A stretch of 63,720 nucleotides of DNA, filler included, from Octopus bimaculoides (lineage: Eukaryota): the NCBI RefSeq assembly GCF_001194135.2. It is 6 parts of 6 records of this genome, joined end to end, with 100 filler letters (N's around TTAATTAATTAA, not from the genome) between each part and the next. Parts side by side here need not be neighbours in the genome. Positions count along the whole stretch, not along the records: positions 61,813 to 63,720 come from NW_026352445.1; 5 more parts are not named here. One strand, written 5' to 3'. Positions 63,450-63,720 of this stretch are shown here, piece by piece. A program made the translations under genes and the position numbers. The notes under the pieces are model-generated. The model saw nothing but the letters and a program-made list of their open reading frames with translations, was not told where the DNA came from and ran no database searches. Positions within the stretch are counted from its first letter, which is position 1, and each line of letters begins with the position of its first letter.

Positions 63450-63660
63450 AAAGATCTGGATGACAAAAAGAAGAAAGGTCTTGCCAAAACTTGACAGCTG
63501 TGCGCAGAAGAATTGCGAGATAGCTGGACGAAATACTGAGTAGTGACATCCAAGTACCGGCCTGGATGACAAATAGAAGTACGTTACTATGCCAGAACGA
63601 CCCAAGTAACGGGAATGCATTTAGAAATTTCCGCCCAATATGTTGTTTGCCACTACTCAT
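63450..63660 (+). mobile_element. R4-like LINE RT N-terminal fragment (element F)
   Basis: NLTAVRRRIAR*LDEILSSDIQVPAWMTNRSTLLCQNDPSNGNAFRNFRPICCLP matches RT domain 0/1 (P.WM..GRT.L..KD......NYRPI.CLP). Confidence 0.8.
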
Positions 63661-63720
63661 GTAGTACCCTTGTATATATATGTACATATCTAATATTGTA
63701 TGTATATATTTTATTAATTT

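Overview
Eukaryotic (metazoan) genomic scaffold: AT-rich, saturated with microsatellites, and broken by many N-gaps. The SINE families, microsatellite density and gap style point to an octopus/coleoid cephalopod draft assembly; this is inference, no search was run. The only host gene I can support is a Raf-family (B-Raf-like) kinase on the minus strand. Three consecutive kinase-domain exons (51391-51509, 51060-51191, 50695-50829) have canonical splice sites and the same sizes and phases as human BRAF exons 15-17 (119/132/135 nt). The acceptor upstream of the DFG/V600-equivalent exon carries a U12-type branch site, and the S602-equivalent residue is Ala. Upstream exons and the terminal exon are not visible in the window. 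The rest is intronic or intergenic and dominated by mobile elements. These include at least six fragments of R4/Dong-like REL-endonuclease LINEs sitting in (TAA)n or (TACA)n microsatellites, RTE LINE remnants, and several tRNA-derived SINE families (labelled S1, S2, S4 and S5 here) plus an RTE-like 3' repeat (S3). There is also an internally deleted mariner with intact TIRs, a maT/Tc1 remnant, a probable hAT remnant, MITE-like inverted repeats and a Penelope-like repeat bearing hammerhead core motifs. Almost all ORFs in the supplied track are microsatellite or N-run artefacts. Repeat boundaries are by eye and approximate.
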